Source: Octopus bimaculoides (lineage: Eukaryota). From it: a DNA stretch of 64,000 bases. The position numbers and the translations under genes were made by a program. The stretch covers positions 44,963,818 through 45,027,817 of the forward strand of contig NC_069000.1 in NCBI RefSeq assembly GCF_001194135.2, given 5' to 3'. This document shows, piece after piece, positions 1 through 12,308 of this stretch. How positions within the stretch are numbered: position 1 is the first letter of the stretch; each line of letters opens with the position of its first letter. The notes under the pieces are model-generated. The model was not told the origin of the DNA. It made no database searches and worked only from the letters and a program-made list of their open reading frames with translations.

Positions 1-1580
1 ATATATATATATATATATATATACTACCTAGAATTTAGACAGTAAAGTATATACACCATGACAAATGTATTATACTACAAAGAGGGTATAATATATCAAA
101 TGAGAGCCAAGGAAATGTTTAGGGACATGACATACATACACACATGTAGGCCACTACACACATACACTACATAGTAACATCACATACACATCTATACGCA
201 TGCACACAGATTATACATGGTGACATTACACACGCACACACACACATATCTCTCTCACTCACACACACACATACATACATACATACACAAATAATGAAAC
301 AATATTGATTTTTTTCCAAATGGTATTTCGTACAAAATCTACATGTAGAATGGTTTTACTAACATAGACACATGAACTGAGCCATGGAGACAGAGGAAGA
401 CAGAGAGACAAAGCAAAACATATGAGAACATGGAAGTAGAGGAAGATGTAATTAACACTGAATCATGGAGACACAGGCATCAGAAGTACCCTAAGGCACA
501 AACAGACATTATGCAATGTAAATTAATACACACATACAGAGGACATTTGATAGAAGCAGGCACACACACACACACACATATTGTAGAAAATAGTGGGTTA
601 GAATGAGCCAGAAGAGACATCTAAGAAGAGACAAAAATGTTGAGACTGGAAGAAGCTTTGTGAAAGAAATGGGAGAAGAAAGGATATTTATACAAAACAA
701 CAACAGCAAAAATAGAAAATAAAATCTATTGAAATCAATACGGAAGGTGGCAAGCAGTCACCTGGAATGCAATGATATTACACAAAGGCTAATTGCAATT
801 GGTAGGAAGGTGTTAGTTTAGGGGTTTCATACTGAAATCATTGCATAAGAAATCAGTTTTAAAAACACAAACAAGAAAAAAAAAAAAAAAAAGATACCAA
901 ACATACATGAACCAGTAAAATCAACTTCGCTTTAACCCTTTAGCATTAAAATGGCCAGATCTGGTCCAGGTATTCTACCTGTTTTATGTTCAAGCTGACC
1001 AGATCTAGCCTCTCACACTTACCCTACAATGTCATTGTAAAAATGAACAATCACATCATCAAACTCTCAGAGTTATGAGATAATCCGGAATTAATTCAAA
1101 ACAGATTAAGGGTTACATTTGACAGGATAATCTGAATGCTAAAGGGTTAATCTTCAAATAATAATGATTTGCAATCAAAGGTGAAAAAGGGATGTGAGTA
1201 GGGAAACACACAAAGTTCCAATTCGGTTACCGAACAGGGAACGGCAATTGGGATTATCTAAAGAAATCTTAAACTACAAACACTACGGTAACAACAACTA
1301 CAATTGCTCTTGCTACCACTATTACTAATTAAATCAGTAACAGCATAAACAACAACATCAATTGCAACACCAAAATAACAGAAACAAAATAAACTAGCAA
1401 ATTTTGTTTAGTAGTCATTAATTAATGTAACGTTCGTTAATATTTCAGTCTTGTAACCATGCCTCAAACCTTTAACATTGGATTAATAAAATAAATTATT
1501 TTTTAATAAAAGATTTTTTAACTGAATAAGATTTTAGCGTCAGTACAACCACTTCTTGTTATCATTGTTGTTGTTCTTGA

Positions 1581-1800
1581 AGGCAGTGAGCTGGCAGAAT
1601 CGATAGCACGTTGGGCGAAATGCTTAGCGGTATTTCATCTGCTGCTACGTTCTGAGTTCAAATTCTGCCGAGGTCAACTTTGCCTTTCATCCTTTCTGGG
1701 TCGATAAATTAAGTACCAGTCGAGTACTGGGGTCTATGTAATTGACTATCCCCTTCCCCCACATTTCAGGCTTTGTGCCTGTAGTAGAAAGGATTATTGT
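1581..1800 (+). mobile_element. SINE family A (tRNA-like head, Deu/Nin-like core GCCTTTCATCCTT...GATAAATTAAGTACCAG, (ATT)n tail)
   Basis: Same sequence recurs at 44481-44705, 48660-48874(-), 50328-50932 and 56610-56785(-), with partial copies near 3990, 14900, 18810(-) and 63650(-). Confidence 0.85.
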
Positions 1801-1917
1801 TGTTCTTGTCATCACCATTGTTGTCATGATCAAGGTTCCATTACATTTCTAGATATCGTTGTAGTTGTACCAAAGATTGCACCATTGTAGAGATGTTATG
1901 TACAACAGCCGTACAGG

Positions 1918-1953
<36 letters not shown>

Positions 1954-2289
1954 TCATGTGCCCTAGTGGTTAAGCTGTCGCACTCATTATTGCAAGGTCA
2001 TAGTTTCAATTCCCAGGCAAGGCAATGCATTGCATTCTTGAACAAAACCATTTCCAGTTGCTCCGTTATCACTTGCACATCTGACATTGCAGTACACCGA
2101 GCACCTGTACAGGTAACATCAGTTTAACAGATGGAGTTATGTAATACACAGCACGAACTCCTCATCACTAGAAACAAACTATCTGTGCAGGTTGTTCAAC
2201 AAGAAGTTGTGGAACGCTCATCTGTTGTCTACAAGAGGTGACTCCACTATATATATATCTCACAGTATTGGCCAGACTGTCAGACACTG

Positions 2290-2650
2290 TTACACACCAC
2301 TGGTCCCAAAGCACTTTCAATTCTGTCTCGATTGTGCCATTCTTTTCCATTATGACCCAAATTGCTTGACCACCTTCTAGGTGGCCTTTTCCAATCTTTT
2401 GGACACCACTTGGCAAATGCATGGGTTCACCTGTTGTCTGTGAGTGAACCTTGTGACATGTCTGACCTTGTACTTTTGGCACTCTGTGATCATATCATTC
2501 ACTCCACTCCATTCTTGTAGCAGCCCAGGTCTCACTTGTGTCTAAGGGTGCAGGTAGGACGAGGCTATTGAAGAGTCTGGCATGTATGGCATTGTCTAAC
2601 GCCTGCCATGCTGCCCTTATTGTCTTTGAGATTTCAGCACATATTCATAT
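2290..2650 (-). mobile_element. Degenerate RTE-clade LINE 3' fragment
   Basis: Minus-strand remnants resemble I.AAW..., ARLFNSLVLPA...SETWA and downstream RTE C-terminal sequence; frameshifted. Confidence 0.55.
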
Positions 2651-4779
2651 ATGGCTGACTATAAGACATAGTAAATGAGAATATACCACAATTGGTCATA
2701 ATAGAACATGGAAGGTCATAGCAGGATATAACTGATCTCAGGACACAGATCATAGTAAATTATAGTTGAACGAAGACAGTCAAAGCAGGAGATGGCTGAT
2801 CATAGGACATAGATCACAGTAAACTATAGTTGGTAATAATAGGACATGGATGGTTATAGCAAGATATAACTGATCTCAAGACACAGATTATAGTAAATTT
2901 TAGGTCATAGGAGAACACGGGTGGCCATAGTCAAGAAAGAAAGATTAAAGCTAGGGTTCATCAAAGGCTGAGTTATTTCACTGGACTGGAAGGGACAAAG
3001 GTTGTTTCAACAAAAACCAAGAAGTAGTCATAGTTAAGGTCATCATCATCGTTACCATCATTATTAATGATCAATTATCCCGTCATTCAACAATCCCTTT
3101 CCATTGTTAATACCATCACCACCACCACCAATGTCTCCACCCACCTCTCCTTCCTCAATAATCCCTTTCACCACTTATTTCCCCTAATCCCCAGTCACCC
3201 ACATCACCCATCACTGTCATAAATATTCTTTTCTATTCTAGGAACAAGGCCCAAAATTTTGGGGGAGGAGGCCAGTCGATTAGATTGCAGTACACCGAGC
3301 ACCTGTACAGGTAACATCAGTTTAACAGATGGAGTGATATAATACACAGCACAAACTCCTCATCACTAGAAACGAACCATCTGTGCAGGTTATTCAACAA
3401 GAAGTTGTGGAACTTTCATCTGTTGTCTACAAGAGGTGACTCCACTAGGCCAGCTTGCAAGATTCTGGACCTGAAGAGAGGCAGCTTTAGGTTGGAAGCT
3501 GAAGGGTTAAAGAATGAGAAGGGCCAGAGCAGAACAGATTCCTTACTCTCAAAGCCGAATGCTATAACAGAAGACAACATTTGTGCGCGGTGCCATGCAG
3601 TAGGACTGAACCAGAATCCGTGTGACTGCAGAGCTAACTTCTACACCACACAACCACACCTGTAAACAAATACAATATGCTTTTCCAATAAATCCTTACT
3701 AGCAAAGGATTTAGAGAGGTAAATGTTACAAGATTAATAGAGAATAAATGAGGATGGGATTAATGCATAAAAGTGCAGGATTAACATTGACCCAAACACT
3801 TGTTAGTCAGGTCACGTTGGAGTGTGTTAATTAAAAATACCTCCAGCCCAACCAAATACCTTTAGCCTTCTCATGACCATATTTCTAAAGCAATACATAG
3901 TTTTAGGTTTCAGCTGATCATGAAAATGATAAAGAATTTGGAGGAACTTTGTACAATAACTAATTCTTTAATTCGCTACCATATTGTTTTTCAACCTTTT
4001 GGGGTCAATGAAATAAGTATCAGTTAAGCACTGGGGTTGATATAATCAACTAGTCCCCTCCCCTCAAATTTCAGGCCTTGTGCCTATAAGAGAAAGGATT
4101 ATTATTATTATTATTATTGAAATTCTTGCAGGTAAGTATAATAATTATGCAACAATGGAAAGGGTTATGACTAAGTTTTTCAAAAGTATATTTCATACAA
4201 TAAAAGGCAAAATAACAGAGATAAATATGGAACATAATAAAACAACTTCACAGACAACATGCTGTGTGCAAACAGGGAGTCGACATGTAGGGTGTGTGCA
4301 CGAGTGTGTGAATGTGTGAGTGCATGTGTGTGTGTGTGTGTGCCTAAACAAGGGGGGGGGGGAAACGACGATGGATGAGGCGGGCATGATTAGTAATCAC
4401 TGGCAGAGTTGTTAAAAGAAAGTTAAAAACTTACCGATGGGGGGAAAAGTCCATGAAAGTGGATAGCATGAGGAGTTGAGGATGACAAAAGAGAGAGAGA
4501 AATAGCAGAGTATGTTCATAATGTGAGGAACAGAGGACTCAAACGCTTAGCAAATTACAGTATGGCGGCAGTAGTAGTAGTAGACATAGAAATGAATTGA
4601 TACTTCAGACTGATTGAGGTTTCTCGGAGTAATTCTTGAAGCAGGAGTTTCGAAAATCTTCACACTAAACATTTGATACTTCCACTGAGGAACAGTGACA
4701 TTGTGTTGTTCTAGAACTTTTAAGTGAGACTTCTAGAGACACTCCAACTGGATAGTCAACATTAGTTTCATTACAGAAT

Positions 4780-5830
4780 AGAATTGTAGATCATAGTAAG
4801 GCTTTGTAGGTCATGGTACATCAGTCGGATAAAGTGGAGCATAGTTAATCATAATAGGACACAGTCGATCATATATTATAGGACGTAGTTTATGATAGTA
4901 GGAAGAGATAATTTATCATAGTAGATCATAGCTGAACACAGTAGGAGAATATTGTTTATCATAGGATATGATTAATCATATTAAAACATAATAACTTATA
5001 ATAGAATGAGGTTGATAATAGCAAGTCATAGTGATCAAAATAGGTCATAGTAGGATGTAGTTGATCATAGTTGTAAGATATAGTTTGATCATAATATTAA
5101 TCTTAATTGGTCATAACAGGACAGTTGTTCATAATATTAAGACATTGATCATTAAGGCAGGACAGATATTGTAGTAGGACACAGTGATCATTGTAGAACA
5201 TAGGTGATTATAGCAGTCCTATTATAGGACATAGCTGGTCATAGTAAGATATAATAGATCACAGCACATAGTTGGTCATAGTTGATCTCAGTAGTTAAAG
5301 TTGATTATAGTTGAACATCAGACCTAGCCAATCATAGTGATAGCACATAATTGATCATAGTAGGATATAGTTAATCATAGCAGTAGAACGTAGTTGACCA
5401 TAATAGGACATGATTGAACATTAACTTTGGACATAATCACAGTATGATATAGGTGGTCATTAAAAGATAGTTGATCACAATATGACATAACTAGCTGGTC
5501 ATAGTAAGGCATAATTGACCATAGTAGGTCATAGCTGATCACAATTGATCATTGGAAATCACAGTTGATCATCGAAGGTCATAGTTGATCACAGTTGATC
5601 ATCGAAGGTCACAGCTGATCACAGTTGATCATTGCAGGTCATAGTTGATCACAGTCGATCATCAAAGGTCACAGCTGATCACAGTTGATCATCGGAGGTC
5701 ATATTTGATTACTATTGATCACACAGTATATTACAACTGATTACAGGAGGACATATTTGGCCATAGTTGGTCAGAGGACCTAACTGATCACCAATTGATC
5801 AAAGCACACAGTTGATTGTAGTACAGCAAT
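4780..5830. repeat. Degenerate 10-bp-period minisatellite (acagttgatc-like) with 30/60-bp higher order
   Basis: 5521-5720 reads as near-regular decamers (atagttgatc acagttgatc atcgaaggtc ...); a related decayed tract lies at about 2650-2930. Confidence 0.8.
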
Positions 5831-6030
5831 CGATTATAATAGGACACAGACAATCAATATTTCCTGTTTAAAATACATTCAAACAACATAACTTATTCTA
5901 CAAAAGATTGATTACACAATGGTGATACACATGTAATGCCTTACTTTTGTAACATTGCATGAAAGCTCAATGAGAAACGATGACAAAGAAGGTTACATTA
6001 GAGAACACAAAATGATGACGTTATACTTAC

Positions 6031-6076
6031 ATCTACTTTTTTACAGTCAGGGTCCCAGCCTAAGTGTTTAATATGT
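6031..6076 (-). CDS. WASP: WASP exon 7 (second half of CRIB)
   Basis: Acceptor cttcttgtcag|, donor GAT|GTAAGT; 46 nt, phase 2 to 0; HIKHLGWDPDCKKVD completes CRIB IGQPTNFRHIKHLGWDP. Confidence 0.95.
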
Positions 6077-6384
6077 CTGACAAGAAGAGAAAGAGAAGAA
6101 AATTACATGTGGAAGCCATAAAAGATACAAACCAGGACAGCATCCAATAGACACCCATCCTCCTCCTCCTCCTCTTCCAATTCTGTCACAAAATTATAAA
6201 GTAATCAATCCAATATTAAACAAAAGTCAACAGGAAAAAAAAACTCAAAAAACAACAACAAAAAAACTAATTAAAATGAAATATTTCCCACTTTGCAACT
6301 GTGTAGTTTTGGGTTCAGTCCCTTGAACAAGGTGATTGGCTTGCAAAAACAAAAACAAGAAAAAGAAATAATGCAAAACCTTAC

Positions 6385-6484
6385 CGGAAGTTGGTAGGTT
6401 GCCCAATGTCTTGTTTTGTTAGGCGGGACTTTTTCTTCTCTTTCTTTAATGTTGACTTCTTCAGTGTACCATGTTGCGTAGAGC
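6385..6484 (-). CDS. WASP: WASP exon 6 (basic region and first half of CRIB)
   Basis: Acceptor atctttcag|, donor CCG|GTAAGG; 100 nt, phase 1 to 2; (G)STQHGTLKKSTLKKEKKKSRLTKQDIGQPTNF(R). Confidence 0.95.
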
Positions 6485-6504
6485 CTGAAAGATAATAAAC
6501 AGAC

Positions 6505-6890
6505 TATGTATGTGGGGTTAAGAATCTTGCTTTGCGACTGTGGTTCCTGGTTCAGTTCCACCAGGTGGCACTTTGAGCAAGTGTCTTTTACTATTGCATC
6601 TTTTACTATTGACCAATGCTTTGTAAGTAAATATGATAAACAGAAACTGTGTAGAAGCCCATCATGTGTGTTCACACACACAACTGTGTGTTTGTCACCC
6701 CACCACCACTGCTTGAGAACCAGTGTTGGTTTATTTATGTCCCTGTAACATAGCAGTTTGGCAAAAGAGACTGACAGAATAAGTACCAATTAAAAAAACA
6801 ACAACAAAAACATAAGTACTTGGGGTAATTTGTTTGACCAAAACCCTTCGAGGCAATGCCCCAGTATGGGCACAGCCCAATATCTGAAAC
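6505..6890 (+). mobile_element. SINE family B (gtggctgtgtggttaagaag...ggcaccttgggcaag...gactgaaac)
   Basis: Recurs at 10848-11215, 24075-24290, 25168-25500, 26745-26915(-), 37730-37870, 39830-40145 (fragments), 40676-40845(-), 52610-52800 and 56420-56580(-). Confidence 0.8.
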
Positions 6891-8100
6891 AAGATTTATA
6901 TATATAGAGGGTGGGGCAGAGAGGACAGATGCTTTAAAAATGGCTATTACTAGCCCCAGCATTTCCACCCATACTAATTGGTCATTGGGCAACAGTTGAA
7001 ACAATGGCACTATGAACAGCGGCTTAACTTTGTATGTTTTAGATCTTAATTATAAAAATATGAAACCATTATTCTATGTTAATTTAGTTAATTTAGATTT
7101 AATTTAGTTAATTTAGATCTAAGCATCATGTAAAATAGGTAATAAGTATATGCCAATCGGTATTGTTAATTATGTAAGGTATTAAATGTACTGATATTTA
7201 ATATCATAAGCTATATTCGATTTTGTTTAATCATATGTAAAAGCACAAGAGGAGAGAGAAATATGTAAGTGGGAAATAGTTTTGAAGTGTAGAGAAGATA
7301 CGTAAATAAATGGGCACATTTCAGTTATATACATACATATATACACATATATTAATAATTATCAAACAAATGTATGTATGTTTAAAGGGTATTAAATTGT
7401 TACTAAAGATATGTAAAAGTAAGTTATTAAAGTGAGGGTTGTACTCATTCCAATGTGTTTCAAAGATACATAAATAAATGAACACATATTTCATATTTCA
7501 TATATATATATTATACACACACACATTAGTGCTGTTGACACCGCCAGATTGAATGGTACTGCAAAGGTGTTGAAACCATAATGATATCCGTATGGCAGCT
7601 GATGATGGAGGTATGTTGTATTGTTGGTATGACTGTGTAATAGTATTATAACACATCCTTTTGATATATACATACATACACACACACACTTATATATGTA
7701 TATATGGAGGTCTATATATTTGTGTGTGTGTGTGTGTGTATGTACACATATGCACATATATATACATGTAAATAATCTAATATGTATATCTGTTTATGCA
7801 CATAGAGGATGTGAGGAGTTTTTGTGAAGATGACTCAGATTAACAGGTATGTGTCCCAAGTGCTCAAATAGGTGTGCCACCAAAATTCCAGTTTGAACAG
7901 TGGCAGGAGTTGTGGTTGTGCAATTGTCTTGTTCAAAAAACAGCTAGTGGTGGTTTCCCTTTTAGTTGGAAGATATAAGTTAAAGTAACGAAGAAAGGAG
8001 GTAAAAAAATTGAGTCAAGCCAGAACAAGGATGTTTGATTTCATTCGATTCAATCTAAAAAATCTTGCTACATAACGAATGGTAAATATGTGTTTATATT

Positions 8101-8140
<40 letters not shown>

Positions 8141-8277
8141 TATATATAAATAATGTAATATATATGACAGGAGCAGATGAGCCAGAAGGCTCTTCCGAGT
8201 TGTATCTCTGTGAGAGAAAGAATGTATATATGATGAGCCTAGATAACAAAAATATCTTGCTAAAAAAAGGCCCTTAC

Positions 8278-8382
8278 CTCCAGTATCCGGGGTTTTCTGT
8301 AAAGGTGCCTTATTCAAGGTGATGTTATTCTGGGTCGTGTTGCTTTGCTGGTTCCGTTGCACATTCTGCTGGTTCCTCCGTT
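8278..8382 (-). CDS. WASP: WASP exon 5 (Q/N-rich linker)
   Basis: Acceptor atcgcacag|, donor GAG|GTAAGG; 105 nt, phase 1 to 1; (E)RRNQQNVQRNQQSNTTQNNITLNKAPLQKTPDTG; phases fit both neighbouring exons. Confidence 0.85.
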
Positions 8383-8648
8383 CTGTGCGATAAGTAATAC
8401 AAGACAACAACTTCAATAATGAACGTTTGTAAGACATATCTATATATTTCACTCACCAGTGGCTATTGCTAATGCTTATGTTACACAACCACAGGTCAAT
8501 TTTTAACGTCCTTCTTCCATGCTGGCATTGACTGGTCAGTTTGACAAGATCCAGTTGGCTGGAAAATGGTGTCATGCTTCAATGCCTGCATTATATTTAT
8601 CATCATCATCATCATACATATGTAACATGTGCTTTCCTTATGCTTATT

Positions 8649-9127
8649 CACCTTCTCCTCGACTTACAACCAAGTTCCGTTCTGACTGACTAGTTGTAAG
8701 TCGGTCTGGTTGTATGTCGGATTTATATTTTTCAAACCGTTTTCATTCAAATGGGTTGTAAAAATATAAAACTCAAAAATCTAATCCATAATTTTTGTAC
8801 CTAATGTGAAAAATACATAAGTATTTTATTGTACTGTAAACAAAGATACAATCTAAAATGAATGAAAAAATTAATACAAACGAAATTCCGCATATACACA
8901 AAAAAAAAAAAAAATTGTTCCTGTGCAAAAAGTGGAATTGAAAATAAATCTTTAATCTTCAGTCATGTTCTTGGATTGAGGTAGACGGATTTTCGAGAAA
9001 TATTGTGAACGATAAGAACGCACAGCATCTTGAATGATACGTTCAGACTTTGCAATGCGTTTAACTTTTTGTGGTCGCAAATGCAGAGGGCCATAAAGTT
9101 GCATAGGTTGTAAGTCGAGAGAAGGTG
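8649..9127 (-). mobile_element. Tigger/pogo-like non-autonomous DNA transposon
   Basis: About 24-bp TIRs (caccttctcctcgacttacaacc / ggttgtaagtcgagagaaggtg), TA on the right; internal RIAKSERIIQDAVRSYRSQYFSK resembles a Tigger transposase C-terminus. Confidence 0.7.
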
Positions 9128-9482
9128 TATACAAATGCTTTCCTTATGCCTATATAGTTGTTTGCACATCTTGACATCTTGTATATACACATGTGAGTGC
9201 GTATATATATATACAAGTACTGTTCCATTCAATAGTTCACCAGCATTAGCAACGGCTTAGAAAGGTGCTTAAAATTGGGAAATGGATTTCACTGAATTTA
9301 ACGTGAAACATCCGTTCAAAACTAGTCACCAAGTACCTTTGCAAGACAACGCCCCGCCTCACTCAACTGAGATGGGGGAGTAGTATGGAGGGGGCGTGGT
9401 TTTCTGCCAGTTGAGAGATTTAAAAAAACAGAGAAGTTAGAGTGCCTTTCTGAGATCTTCTTTGAACGATCTCCTCACTTAC

Positions 9483-9582
9483 CTTCTTTCTTCTTCTGCC
9501 TCTCCAGGATTTTACTACGGACGACCTGTACAAACTTGGCTGCTTCATCTTCATTTGCAAAGTTGATACCAGCCTGATAAAA
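9483..9582 (-). CDS. WASP: WASP exon 4 (end of WH1)
   Basis: Acceptor tctttgcag|, donor AAG|GTAAGT; 100 nt; FYQAGINFANEDEAAKFVQVVRSKILERQKKKE (QAGLNFA.E.EA..F motif); ends in phase 1. Confidence 0.97.
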
Positions 9583-10205
9583 CTGCAAAGACATAAAAGA
9601 CAAGAGACAACGTCAAGTTTTTCCTACGGTTTTCTGTCTGTACGTCCCTATTTCCCTCACTCCATGTCTCTACAGACAATACAAAACAGAATATACAAAC
9701 AGTAAAAAAAAAAAAAAGACTAAAAGAGCAGACATGATTATGTGGTTAAGAAGCTCATTGTGCAACCATATGGTCTCAGGTTCAGTCCTACTGCATGGTA
9801 CCTTGCACAAGTGTCTTCTGACTGGGGATTGACTTATATCCAGCCCTTAATCATAAAAAGGCAGAGCCCCTCAGTTTCATATATGGAGGGAAGATTCTGG
9901 AAGGTTTATCAACCCCACAAGAATTAACCCATTGATATTCAGATTATTTCTCTGTCAAATGTAATACTCATTAATTCACATTGATTTAAATTAATCATGT
10001 ATTATCTCATAGCCTTGAGCTTTCAATAACGCGATTGTTTAATTTTAGAATGACATTGTAGGGTAGGCGTGAGAAGCTGGATGTGGCCGGTTCAAACATA
10101 AAACAAGTAACATTTTGGTCAGATATGGTCAGTTTAAATGCTAAAGGGTTACACTGGACCTTGTCCAGGCTTCAGATTGAAACCCCATCTCACAGTCAAG
10201 CTTAC

Positions 10206-10292
10206 CTCAGCTTCAAATGTGTGGAAGAACGAACGAGGGCTCTTGTATTTCAGTTGGTTGTACATCTCTTGTTCCCATAGCAACTGCTGCCG
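10206..10292 (-). CDS. WASP: WASP exon 3 (WH1 domain)
   Basis: Acceptor ctttcttcag|, donor GAG|GTAAGC; 87 nt; RQQLLWEQEMYNQLKYKSPRSFFHTFEAE (LLWEQE.Y and P..FFHTF hallmarks). Confidence 0.97.
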
Positions 10293-10847
10293 CTGAAGAA
10301 AGAAAGACAAAGGATTCAATGAGGGTGGGTGGAAAGAAATATTAAAAAAAAACAACATTTAATTAAAAAGATATTTTAAATCCTATTTAAAAAAAAATAA
10401 ATGCTGGCAGCACATAAAAAGCAATGTTTGAGCATTGGGCCTGATGGAGGCAGGGGTAGGTTACTGACACTTCTGGTGATATACCATGATGTGTAGACCT
10501 GTCAAGCCAAGTGAGACTGTAGTCATGGCTGATATCAGTGTCAGGTCAATGGCACGTAAAAAAACTCCAACTACACTCTTGGAGTGGTTGGTGTTAGGAA
10601 GGGCATCCAGCTGTAGAAACCTTGCCAAATCAGATCGGAACCTGGAGCAGCTCTCCGGCTTAACCAGTTTTCAGTCAAACCGTCCAACCCATGCCAGCAT
10701 GTATGATGATGATGTAATAAAAACTGAAGGAGAATCAAGGATTTTGAGAATCAAGTGGTAATCATGGGAGACACTCCAGCTGAAGAATTAGCTATCAAGT
10801 GACACAGAAATTAAATTACAATTTAATTGAAAATCTAGGTGTGGCTG

Positions 10848-11215
10848 TGTGGAAAGAAGTTTACTTCCCAACCACATCGTTCTGGGTTCAGCCCACTGTG
10901 TGGAACCTTTGATATGTTCTACTATGGCCCTGGGCCAACCAGGACCTTGTGAATAGGTTTAGTAGATGACAGAAACTGAAAGAAGCTCATCATGTACACT
11001 CTTATCCTTTTACTCGTTTCAGCTATTTGACTATGGCCATGCTGGGGCACCACCTTGAAGAGTTTTAGTTGAACAAATTGACTCCAGGATCTATTTTCAA
11101 GCCTTATACTTATTCTATCAGTCTCTTGTTTACAAATCCATAACCTAGCAGTTCAGCCAAAAGACACTGACAGAATAAGTACCTGGCTTAAAAAATAAGT
11201 ACAAACATTAATCTG
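10848..11215 (+). mobile_element. SINE family B copies (two pieces, opposite orientation)
   Basis: Head and body on +, then a reverse-oriented 3' part. Confidence 0.65.
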
Positions 11216-12308
11216 CTTTTACTCTCCAAATCTTTTCAGGAGAGACAAGAAATTCTAAAGACACATTTCCAACAGATCTAATTCTATGGAATCCATATCA
11301 ACATTCAGGAGGGAAAGAGGGAGCTGGTGGAGGAGGAGATTTAGGATTACTTTTATCCCCTTCCAAATGTTGGGAATGAAAGCAACAAGTGAGTCAGGAG
11401 TTGGCTGGATTATACAGATGAGGCCATGTTGCTTGTACTAGGAAGTGATTAGATGCTATTATAAGTGCTGTTATTCCTGGTTAAAAGATGTACTCTCTTT
11501 TTTTTGGGGGGTTTTTCCCGAAATTTTGTTTGTATCTTTTTATGAAGTTATCTCAATGTTAAGTGTAATGGCATTGACTTTTTTTACAGAATATATTAAA
11601 TGTAATGTGAGTTAGGTGGCATGTGAAAAACAAGTCAGAAAAAAGCCCCAGAAAAGATAGTCTTTCACACACACACACACACACATTCTGATACTAACCA
11701 CGTGTGTGCATGTACATATGCACATGTATCCATATGCATATATGCATGTATATATATATACACACACATCCATATGTACACATATACATACATGCATACA
11801 CATGTACATATATATGCATTTATATATGTGTGTATATACACACACACATTTGAAAGAATATCAGTAACAATATGAACAATATTTCAAAACATTCATTCCT
11901 ACAGCTGTTTCAATAACTCATTACATTTTAAAGATAATCTTACTTATATAATTCTAGCACACAAGAATCACATTTTCGGGGGGGGGGGGGATCACAGATG
12001 AATTATAGATTTCAAATCAACTCTTATGTAGGTTGAAAATTCAAGGAGAAAAAAAAATGAATAAAAAAAAAGAGGAAATAAAACAGGAATATTGAGATGA
12101 AAAATAGGAAGAAAGCCTGAAGGTGGAAGAAGATGGCAGAAGACAGATGGAAAATGGCTCAACATGGAAGAAGATACAAGAAAACATGATGGTGAGGTAT
12201 AAAGGACAGTGAGAACATATTGAAAAAAAAAAACAACAAAAAAACAGACAATAAAGTACGATGTTGGTGAGTGTAATTAATAGAAGCATTCCTTCTTCCC
12301 CCTCTTAC

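Noticed and set aside
4420-4520. Possible WASP exon ending at CG|GTAAGT near 4434
   Set aside because: No convincing acceptor and no similarity to the expected GBD continuation (LDP..K.LF...GI).
6271-6789. 172-aa ORF
   Set aside because: An off-frame reading across WASP exon 6 and an antisense SINE.
12159-12308. C-terminal extension of the 483-aa ORF
   Set aside because: Begins at a consensus GTAAGA donor and becomes T-rich (FFFF); treated as intron read-through.
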